Below, piece by piece: positions 1-10,183 of a DNA stretch of 64,000 bases. The position numbers were made by a program, and so were the translations under genes. Position 1 is the stretch's first letter, and every line of letters starts with the position of its first letter. The DNA comes from Histomonas meleagridis 2922-C6/04-290x (lineage: Eukaryota > Protista > Parabasalia), in assembly GCA_020184695.1 (NCBI GenBank), contig JAANOX010000068.1, positions 124,001-188,000 of the forward strand, given 5' to 3'. The notes under the pieces are model-generated. The model was not told the DNA's origin. It saw only the letters and a list, made by a program, of their open reading frames with translations, and made no database searches.

Positions 1-891
1 ACTTTCTAACTTCGTACATTGATAAAATACATATTGTCCAATAGTAGTAACATAATCAGGAATAGAAATAGACAACAAACTCTCACATTCTGCAAATACA
101 TAAGTAGAAAATGTGGTTAATTCATTTCCTAAATAAGCTGTTTTTAAATTAGTGCACCCTCTAAATGCTGCTTCCCCAATAGATGTAATAGAGTCAGGTG
201 TTATAATAGAAAGCAAATTCGAACAATAACGAAAAGCTTGCGAATCAATAGATGTTAATGTGCTTCCTTCTTCAAAAATAACATTTTTTAGTGACGTGCA
301 TTGATAAAATGCATTTCGACCAATTGATTTAACTTTGCTCGGAATGTTAATGTTTTCTAATGATTTGCATTGGTAAAATGCATATGTATCAATTATGGTA
401 ACACTTTGACCTATTGTAACTGAAACTAAATTAGTACACCCATAAAATAAATTTGTAAGAATACTTTCTACTATGCTTCCAATGACAATAGAGGTTAACC
501 CATCACATTTATAAAAAACGGAAGTGCCAAGCGTAGTTAATGTATCAGGAAGTGAAACCTCAGAAAGAAGTGCACAATTACGAAACGCATAATTGTCAAT
601 TCTAGTTAAACTACTTTCAGCCAAAAAAACAATAGTTTCTAAATTGGAACAAGCATCAAAAGCATATGTTTTAATTGTTTGAACTGAATTCCCGATTGTA
701 ACTTTGTTCAATAGTTTCCAACCATAAAATGCATTTGAGCCAATTGTAATTACGCCATCGCCAAGAGTGAGATATCTGGTTGTTTCTTTGTTTGCTATGT
801 AATCATTTTGTGAAATAGTTTCTTTGTCCGTGATTACAAGTGTATCATCGCAATTTGCAACGTGGAACAAAACAAAAGCAAGCAAAAACAT
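1..891 (-). CDS. BspA-like (TpLRR) leucine-rich-repeat surface protein, 3' end outside window
   Basis: ATG at 891 with an open frame to base 1: MFLLAFVLFHVANCDD (signal peptide) followed by TpLRR repeats (VTIGNSVQTIKTYAFDAC, IPSKVKSIGRNAFYQCTSL, TPDSITSIGEAAFRGCTNL). Not in the ORF track because there is no stop inside the window. Confidence 0.9.
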   Translation of the reverse strand, partial: MFLLAFVLFHVANCDDTLVITDKETISQNDYIANKETTRYLTLGDGVITIGSNAFYGWKLLNKVTIGNSVQTIKTYAFDACSNLETIVFLAESSLTRIDNYAFRNCALLSEVSLPDTLTTLGTSVFYKCDGLTSIVIGSIVESILTNLFYGCTNLVSVTIGQSVTIIDTYAFYQCKSLENINIPSKVKSIGRNAFYQCTSLKNVIFEEGSTLTSIDSQAFRYCSNLLSIITPDSITSIGEAAFRGCTNLKTAYLGNELTTFSTYVFAECESLLSISIPDYVTTIGQYVFYQCTKLES

Positions 892-1262
892 TTGGATGCG
901 TGCAACAACAGAAAAATTTTAACGGTTATACATGTTGTATTCTGAACGTTTATAACAATAACCCATTATATTAATTCAATTTTCTAAAGATAAACGGTTG
1001 TTTGTTGTTAGGAGATTATTCAGCTAGTGTCACTTTTTTGTGATATTTATAGCATTTACTGAATATTAATTTGCTCGTATACATATTTTTTATATAAAGA
1101 ATTGTGATCCAAATTTGTCAAAATTGATTTTTTTTTATTAATTGATTTTTTATTAAATTGAAATGATGTTTTTATCAAAAAATCTATGTTTTATATATTT
1201 GTAATTTTATTTTTATCATAAATTGTGATTGTTTAAATATTTTCAACATCAACATGAAAACC

Positions 1263-4200
1263 TTATTGTTCAAATAATTTAACTATTTCTGTATTATCTC
1301 TTTCTTTTGCTAACATTAGTGCTGTTTTATGAATTTTAAGAAATTTCCTTATAAAATTTTGAAAAATCAATAAAATAAAAGAAATTTTATATAAAATTAA
1401 TAAAAATCTTTGGCATTAATGTCAATTCCTTTTTGTTCAAGAAGTAATTGAACTATTTCTGGAAAACCATTCCCAGCTGCTATAATAAGTGGTGTTGCTT
1501 ATAATTTAAATATATATCGAATATTATGTAAAAATATTAAATCATAAAAATAAATTATAAATAAAATAAATAAAAATCTTTGGCATTAATATCAATTCCT
1601 TTTTGCTGAAGGAGTAATTTAACTATTTCTGTCTTACCAATACATGAAGCATTTGTTAATGCATTCCAAAATATTATAAATAATTTCCAAATATTATTTT
1701 GAATTTTGCAATTAATATGAGAAAAATCGTATGGAATAAATGTATATCTACAACATTGATATCAATTCCTTTTTGTTCAAGAAGCAATTTAACTATTTCT
1801 ATATCACTTTCAATTGCAAGAATAAGTGCTGTTTGAAAAAAATTGAATGATTTCCGAATATTATTTTGAAAAATAATATTATTAAAATAAATATTAAATA
1901 GATTTAATATATATCTTCAGCATTAATATTAACTTTTTCATGTCTAAGAAGTAATTTAACGATTTCTGTTTTACCTTTTGAAGATGCGATCATTAGAGCT
2001 GTCCAAAATATTTTGAAAAATTTCCAAAAATTATCTTAAAGCATTAAATGGTTAATATAAATTTTATCTTTGGCATTGATATCAATTTTTTCATGTTCCA
2101 GAAGTAATTTAACTATTTCTGTTTTCCCGTATGAAGAAGCAAACATAAGTGCTGTTCCAAATATTTCAAATAATTTCCAAATGATATTCAGAAACATTAA
2201 ATAAGTCATATAAATTTTATCTTTGGTATTAACATCAATTTCTTTTTGCTCAAGAAGTAATTTAATGATTTTTATATTATCTTTTATGATTGCAATTATA
2301 AGTGGTGTTATATAAAATCAAATCAAATACAAATTAATTTTTTGAAACATTAAATGTCTAATATAAATTTTATCTTTTGCATTAATATCAATTTCTTTTT
2401 GTTTAAGAAGTAATTTAATGATTTTTATATTACCAAATTTAGTTGCAATTATAAGTGGTGTATCATATAATTTCAAATAATTTCCAAATATTATTATGAA
2501 TTAATGAAATATTAAAACAAATTTTTTGTAAAACAAAAAAATATCTTTAACATTCACATCAATTTCTTTTTGTTCAAGAAGAAATTTAACTATATCTATG
2601 TGATTTGTTTTAATTGCATAAATTAGTGACGTATAAAATATTTTAAATAATTTCCAAAAACAATTTAGAAATATTCAATATTATAATTAAATTTCAAATA
2701 TAATGAATAAATATCTTTAGCATTAATATCAATTTTTTCTTGTGCAAGAAGTATTTTAATGATATCAAGATAATTATTTCGAGTTGCTATCATAAGTAAT
2801 GTATTATATTATTTAAATAATTTCCAAATATAGTTTTTAAATATCAAATTATTAAATTAAATTTTAAATAATATAAATAAATATATTTTATAATAATATC
2901 AATTTCCTCTTGTTCAAGAAGTAATTTAACTATTTCTATGTAACCTTTTACAATTGCAATAATAAGTGCTGTTTGAAATAATTTAAATAATTTCCAAATA
3001 TTATTTTAATACTAAAAATTATTAAAAGAAATATTAAATGAAACAAATAAATATCAGTAGCATTAATATTAATTCCTTCTTGATCAAGAAGTAATTTAAC
3101 TATTTCTATATTACCATTTTCAGATGCTAAGAAAAGTGCAGTTTGAAATGTTTTGATTAATTTCCAAATATCATCTTAAGACATTAAGAAATTAAATTAA
3201 ACTTCACACAAAACACATAAATATTTTGAGCATTAACATCAATTCCTTTTTGTTTAAGAAGAAATTTTGTAATTTTAGGACATTCATTTCGAGATGCAAT
3301 TATAAGTGCAGTGTCAAATTATTAAAACAATTTCCAAATATTATTTTGATATCATATATAAAAACAATAAATATATTTTGCATTGATATCAAAACATTTT
3401 TGTTTGATAAAATATTTTACTAATTCAATATTTCCTGATTTTACAGATGACACTAAAATCGATTTTGGAAAGTTATTTCCTTCTTTTAACTCTTCAATAA
3501 GATTTACATTTCCATTAACAACTAAGTTATGCATCAATTTATCATTAAGTTTATTTCCTTCTTTAATAAAGAACGAAAAAATTTCGTAATTACTATGAAT
3601 TATAGATAATTTTATGAATTTTGTTATGCATTGAAATTTAATTTTATTATAAATATAATGAAATATATCATTTCGGTGAAAAATAATTGCAGTTTTACAT
3701 AATATAACATTACATATTTTTTTATCAAATCCATGATTATGTTCACAAAGATGAAGAATTTCTATGTTTCCCCCAGCAACTGCAAAAATAACTGTACTTG
3801 TAGTATTTGCACCATTCATAAGTAAATATTTAAAACAATTAATTGATCCAAAAAATGCTGCATAATCAATTAATGTAACATCTTCTTCATTTATATAAGA
3901 ACATCGCTCATAAAGCGATGGTTCAATAATTTGATTAAAATCAAATTTTGTTTGTGATGATATTTCTTGAAGTTTTTCTATTTCATCATTACGAATTATT
4001 TTTGCAATTTCATTTGGATTATGTCCTTCTTTAATTAATTTCTTATGAAGTTCCCAATTGTTCTTTGAAAGTTCAGAATAATTATCAATGAGATATAACC
4101 AAATTGGATTGATATTTTTAGCAAAAAAATAGTCTTTACTTGGTTTTTGATTTATAATTTCCTTAATTTCTTTTTCGCTTTTGTAATGAATCCAATATAA

Positions 4201-4563
4201 TGAATTTTTATTTTCGATAACTTTTAATGAAATAATATTCTCTTCAATCATTTTTTCAAGAAGATAATTACCTCCTGTTTGCGAAAAGATATTGGTTAAA
4301 AGGTATGTAAAAATATCAAAAATATTTATATTGTTTTTGTTAATGTGTTTACCAATTTCTGATAAAAAGTGTAGAAGGATATTTGTATCACATCCGCGAG
4401 AATAATATAAAGAATAAATAATTCTACAAATAAGAAAACAAAAAGAAAATGGGTAATTACCATCAAATAATGACATGATTGATTGAACTGTGAATTCTAT
4501 ATTTTCTTGTTTTAAATTAAAAATCAAGTTTTCAAAAAGTAATACTGTGTTGGAGTATGACAT
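1263..4563 (-). CDS. DUF3447-type ankyrin-repeat protein; 13 C-terminal repeat junctions interrupted by 17-nt spacers
   Basis: ORF 3352-4578 (likely ATG 4563) carries the parabasalid ankyrin N-terminal domain (TLIDYAAFFGSINCFKYLL, FAVAGGNIEILH). Thirteen further ankyrin units (TAL/TPL...EIVKLLLEQKGIDINAKD) follow at 153-171-nt spacing down to TAA at 1263-1265. They are joined in frame only if the 17-nt spacers are removed. Confidence 0.8.
1326..3372 (-). other. Array of 48 T-rich 17-nt spacers isolating single codons in ankyrin hairpin loops
   Basis: Interrupted segments: 3313-3372 (60 nt), 3143-3222, 2973-3052, 2803-2882, 2633-2712 (80 each), 2462-2542 (81), 2309-2371, 2156-2218, 2003-2065 (63 each), 1833-1912, 1666-1745, 1496-1575, 1326-1405 (80 each). 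Each 80-nt segment is 4x(17+3) and each 63-nt segment is 3+3x(17+3). One of the 48 spacers is 18 nt. Confidence 0.85.
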
Positions 4564-4666
4564 TAATATTTTCCTCAACGGTTAAAAGTGGACAATTTTT
4601 AGCTTCCAATGGTCAAATTTTTGTGGTCAGAAATGTAAGTAATTTTTTTCTTGTTTTTGCATATAA

Positions 4667-5119
4667 GAAAATGGTGAAATTAGACATGCAACAATCGATC
4701 ACAAACCTGACGACAAAAATGAGATAAAACGAATATTAAAAGAAGGAGGTAAAGTTTTAAAAGGAAGATTTAGCGGAACACTATCAATTGCACGATGCTT
4801 AGGCGATTTCTATATACCTGGAATAGGTAGAACACCAACAACAGTGAAATTGGAGTTAACACATGAAGATAAATGGCTGATTTTGGGATGCGACGGATTA
4901 TTCGATTTGATTACTAATGAAGAAATTGCTAAAATTGCAATGAAGCCTGATAATCCGACAGAATTGGCTACCGGTTTGAGAATTATAGCATACCATAGAT
5001 ATAGCCCTGATAATATATCGGTAATTGCGGTGGATTTGCTAAAGAAAAAACGATTCAATGTATTTGAATGTGTACAAAATTTTTTTTTTGTTTCTATTAT
5101 ATATATATTTAATCTTTAA
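4667..5119 (+). pseudogene. PP2C/PPM phosphatase C-terminal fragment
   Basis: Open frame after TAA 4664-4666 encodes TIDHKPDDKNEIKRI, GTLSIARCLGD, LILGCDGLFD and PDNISVIAVD. The N-terminal DGHGG half and a suitable start are absent. Confidence 0.75.
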
Positions 5120-6295
5120 TGATAAAATATTTGTTTATTATTGAGTATTCGAAACTCAACGCAGTCTATCAAAGCATATGATTATTTATAATTAATGAAT
5201 AAACTTATTTACTAGCACACAATATTTTTGTATTCTGTTAACGTTTCAACAACTTTATTAACTCTTAATAACTTCAATTTTGAAATTTCTTTTTGTTTGC
5301 TTTGCTCATCAGACAACGCGAAGCTTATTCTTGTATGAATCCGATTCTAAATATTCAATTGTGAAATTGTTAGCGGAAATGAATTTATGATTTATGTATT
5401 TCTTGGTTGATTCAGTACATAATGATAACGAATTATTAGTTCAAGCAAGCTTAATCCAGTTGGCAAAAAAAAAAACGCGGCCGTTTAGAGGTGCTCAACC
5501 CAAAACTTGCAATCAAAATTCAATACATCATTTGAGCGTTTTTCTTACATAAGTCCTTTGTTGATGTAGTGCGATATCACTTTCTTTCATCCTTTTGATG
5601 TTTTGGCAATTGAAATGAGGGAACTTTCTGTCACTTTTCAATAAAAACTTTACGTTTTCAGCTTTGTAAACAGCTTCCGATCGCAAAAACAACAAAACAT
5701 GCATCAACAAAAGTTACACCAATGATTAACGAAAACGCGGCTCGGTTGAAACTCTCTGTATCGTTTTTGACTGATTTATTAGCAAGTTTCCCAAGTTTTC
5801 TCGCAAATGTGTTCTTTCTTTCTGGTTTTACCCATGTGTTTCTTTTGCTTATGACAAACCTCTTCAAAAAATTCAGGTTCAAAGATTTTTAATGATAAAT
5901 TATCTATTTCTCAAACTCTCAAACATTCCCCTTATTTCACTTTAGAATCCAAAGGGCATACATATTTACCATTTTCAGCCCATAACAAGGAGTGTGTATC
6001 AATTAAAGTCACAAAATTTATTATGCTAAAAATGAATGAATCGAATCCATTAAATATCATCACTGAAGAAAATCAGCATCATTCCTCTTTAGTAACGTTA
6101 CCGATATCATATGTTAAGCATTATTTCAAATTCTTTTCTTTGACATTTAATCATTTTTCATTAAAAGCTCATTTACCAATTTCAATGAAAAATAATTTCA
6201 TGAAGAAAATGTTCAAATTCAATGAAAATGCTCAATTTCTAATGTATAACTTTTTTGTTTTGGGATTTTTTTTATTTTATGAAATCAGATTTTTA

Positions 6296-7513
6296 ATGAA
6301 AAAATTGAAAGCAAATGAAAAGAAAATTCAGGAAAATATTTTAATTTTTGTTATGTTTTTCATAAACTCTTATCAAATATATGATGAAGATAATTTAACA
6401 CTTACAATCATAAATTCAAATGAATTTAATGAAATTTCTCAATATCAAAACATAACAAAATATATAATTATCAGTGAAAATATATATGAAATTCCAAATG
6501 ATGCATTTTCAGAATGGCCTTCAGTTGTTTCAGTTGATTTTGGTAATTCAGTCACAAATATTGGAAGTTATTCATTTTCGTCATGTTTTAATTTAGAAAC
6601 GATTATAATTGGAGAAAATGTTACAGAAATTGGTGGTGGAGCATTTTCAATGTGTTCAACAATCAAAAACATTACAATTCCAAATTCAGTTACAACAATT
6701 GGAAATTCAGCAATTTCATTATGTTCTAATTTAAGGATATTAACACTTGGATATGGAATCAGAGAAATTGGGAATTCAGCATTTGGGAATTGTTATAATC
6801 TTGAATGCATTTATTATTATGGATATTCAGAACCAGAAATTGGAGTAAATGCATTTTATAATGTATCAACAAGTGTTATCACATATCCAACATATGTAGG
6901 AAGTAAATTTGGACATTTAGATGTTTCCAAAGAAAACGCAGAAGGAATCTGCAATCCACTTCCAACGCATTCATTTAGTCAGTCGAATACATTTACTGGA
7001 TCACTTCAAAGTGATATTTCATTATCATTATCATTTTCATATACATTAACAATTACATTATCAATTACACATTCATTAACTATTTATGAAACAAAAACGA
7101 AAACATTTTCATTATATATCAATAATTCGACATTTTCATATATTGAAACAGAATTTATTTATTACAATTATACGATTGTTATATATTCGACTTATTATAA
7201 TTATTATTCCAATTTTTTTACAATGTTTTACACTGATAATAATGATAATAATAATCAAAATAAAGACAATAAAACAACAATTATTGTCATTTCTGTTTGT
7301 GTAATTGTTATAGTAATAGTCATTATCATATTATTAATTATATTATTGAAACATATTTGAAATAAAAAAGAAGAAATTTATGAAAATGATAAATCAGAAC
7401 AAAATGAAAACGAAACGACGAATACATTTACAACAGGAATAAGTAACATAAATATTGAAGAAGATCCATTTGCTGAAGATTTTCAAGAAGAAAAATTCAT
7501 TGAACAAATATAA
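6296..7513 (+). CDS. BspA-like single-pass membrane protein with in-frame TGA before the cytoplasmic tail
   Basis: TpLRR repeats, S/T-rich stalk (SQSNTF) and a TM helix. TGA at 7358-7360 is followed in the same frame by NKKEE...EEDPFAEDFQEEKFIEQI* ending at 7513. Start codon uncertain (6296 chosen). Confidence 0.8.
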
Positions 7514-8337
7514 TTTTCAATATTAGATATTTGTAAATTTTGTAATGATAATTATAAATATTATATGAGTCTTATATTATATGAAATCAAATATTTCGAT
7601 GATACATAACATTAATGCATGACATCATGTTAATATTAACTTTAAAATTTTTATAATGATATCAAATGGATATGATCAAATATATTTAATACATTCAATA
7701 CGATGAATAATGAGGTATAAACACCAAAGAACATATGGATTGTTTACATCACAGACTATAACTTTCACACTTACACTTAATTAACATGGAACTCATTATC
7801 AATCAATAAAAAATTAAGTGCCAATGGTAAAATAACATATTTAAATTTAAAAAGTAAAGCGAAAGTAATAAATCAATTCATAAATAATGAAGAAAATTAA
7901 TGAGTTCAATATAAACAAAAAATTAATACTACAAAATAAAAATGAAAATAAATTTAAAAATGTTTATTTATTGTAAAATTATTTTTGAAATGAGTGTTAA
8001 GAAGCACAAAACCATAATGTAATTTTAATTTATTTTTTTGAGGCTAACTAAATGTCTTAATACACCTATTATATTTGAATCAATATTTTATGGTTATCAA
8101 CTGAATCTTTGTTTTGAAACATTTATTAGACCGCCAAAATTTATTATCATTCTGCAACCTGAAACTCATTACATCGCACACCTGATTTGGTCTATTATAC
8201 CTGATTTAAATATGATCTTTCACATTTGATTTGATCTTTCACATTTGATTCGATATCTCAAATATATATTTCAATGAATAAAAAATTATTTTTTATTTTT
8301 TTATTTTTTTATTTTTTATTTTTATTCATTGTAACCA

Positions 8338-9942
8338 TTATACAAATTCTATACCAGCAAATTTATAACTTTTGATTCTCCATAAAGCTAACTGCTGGAC
8401 ATTACCAATATCTACATTTGTACCATTTTCGATAACGAAACTTATTATGGAATGCTTTTTTTCATTCCACATACTTTTTTTAATAATATTTTTGATGAAA
8501 TATATAAAATCCCATGCAAATTGTGAACTTGGAGAATTTCGTATCACTGGAGCTTTTTTTTTACGTATAACTTCAGTATGACCATTATTATTTTTGTTTT
8601 TATCACTCCAATTTTCAGGGAGTGGTTCATTAATAATCTGAGTTTCTACAATATTTGTTAATTATCACATTATCAACAATTTCCAAATAATCTAATATAA
8701 AATTTTCAAATTTATTGCAGAAACCTACAATCGTATGTTTACATGGGGTATGCTTATTTTGATATAATTTGGAGTAAAATTCATACTTTCCACAAGTACA
8801 ATTCCTTAATAATTTTTGTTCATTACTAGAATTCTTTTCTAATTTATTTATAAATTTAATGAAGTTTTTGCCGTGCCATTAATTTCTTGAATTAAATCTA
8901 TTCCACAATACATTTTTAACATTCTTTAATTTTTCTATAGAAGAATATTTAAATGGAATTGTTGAATTAATATGACTATAAATCGATTTTTAAGAATTAG
9001 TAGTGGTAGGACATTCAGGTCTTAACCATTTTGCTTACCTATCAATATTATGTATGAAATCTGATTCTTTCACACCCAAAACCATTAAAAAATTTTGAAA
9101 TTTTTCATTATCGAAATTTTTCCGAATTTCCGAATTCAAAATTATTTGTAATTCATTCTTAATGATATCAGTGATCATTTGAATTTAATATTGATTAAAA
9201 GTATTAATAATTCTTGAAATCCAATTTCCAATCATACTTGCAGAACCAAATTTTTCTATATAATGGCGATGGAAATATTTAATATTTAAATTATTATTCT
9301 CAATAAATTTTTGGATAGCAGAACCAATATCTGCTAAAAAAATATTGTTCTTGATAAAACGATTTACATTGATATCAAAATTTCTACAGCAATTTATCAA
9401 ATGATTCCATAATCTCCCATAAGAATTTGATGTTTCGGTAGGAAAAATAGACAAACCTATAGGAATTGATTCATTATTGTCTATATAGACAATGTATAAG
9501 GCTTTATAGCCTTAAATGTAACATTAATCATAAAACAATTGTAATTAAGGCTATATAATGTAGAAGCTGCCCAAGGAAAAATCCAAGATAATCCGAGAAC
9601 GTAGTCAGTCTCATTAATTTGTAATAATTATCTTGATGGCATTTTTGTTAAATATATAATAATTGAACCTTCATAATTATTTATAAAATAATCAATAAAA
9701 TTATTTTGAAGATATTTATCATGTTTTCTAATTGATTGTAAAATATATTGATCAACATATAAATATAAAAATCGACTATTAATGTATTGATTAATTTTAT
9801 GAAATTTTTTATCAATAACAACATAGAGATGTGTTTGAGATAATTTTTTATTTACAAAAATTTCATTTTCTGTAAAGTTTAATATAACAAAGTTGTTTTC
9901 TTGTGTCCAACTAAGTTCATAATATTTCTCATTCAAAAACAT
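8338..9942 (-). mobile_element. Degenerate Mutator-like (MULE) transposase
   Basis: Fragmented frames give GLSWIFPWA, NVTFKAIKPY, NESIPIGLSIFPTETSNSYGRL, DIGSAIQKF, YFHRHYIE (C/D-x2-H region) and PTTTNS*KSIYSHIN (region of the catalytic E). Multiple stops and frameshifts. Confidence 0.7.
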
Positions 9943-10183
9943 AATGTGTGAAGAAAAATCATTATTAACAAATAAATGGAATACTAAAGTATTGTGATAA
10001 TGAAGATTAATTCGATATTAAAAATGACTTTTTTGTGATTTTTTGATCTCACAAAAACAATCATTCGGAAGATAATAGAAAAAGGATGCATAATTAATCA
10101 CTTTGTTGTTGGGTAATACTATAAATTCTTGTAATGCTCTACTTTTATAATATTGTAACGAATTAATAACTAATTTTGGCATG

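Noticed and set aside
1326-3372. Ankyrin interruptions as U12-type AT-AC introns (GAT...ACA borders)
   Set aside because: Excising from either available AT to the AC of the Thr codon leaves the downstream repeat out of frame and deletes the Gly loop; there is no U12 5' or branch consensus.
1326-3372. Interruptions as canonical GT-AG introns
   Set aside because: Several segments contain no GT and/or no AG, and none has the ACTAAC branch motif.
1326-3372. Single 12-nt micro-exon ATA TTT GGA AAT (IFGN) per loop
   Set aside because: It would contain TAA in the last junction (TTA TAA GGA) and does not fit the single-insert case at 35272. The one-codon-per-20-nt parse gives stop-free, more canonical loops.
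1326-3372. Simple -1/+1 frameshifting or stop readthrough through the spacers
   Set aside because: Most spacers carry in-frame stops, and translating them would insert 17-23 hydrophobic residues into each hairpin.
1263-3372. CRISPR-like repeat-spacer array
   Set aside because: The conserved units are ~90-nt protein-coding ankyrin segments with codon-type divergence, in a eukaryotic context with no cas genes.
4635-4667. GTAAGT...AG candidate intron 5' of the PP2C fragment
   Set aside because: No ACTAAC branch site, and splicing does not join an upstream ATG in frame.
5528-5882. Two short overlapping minus-strand ORFs
   Set aside because: No recognisable motif; cannot support a gene call.
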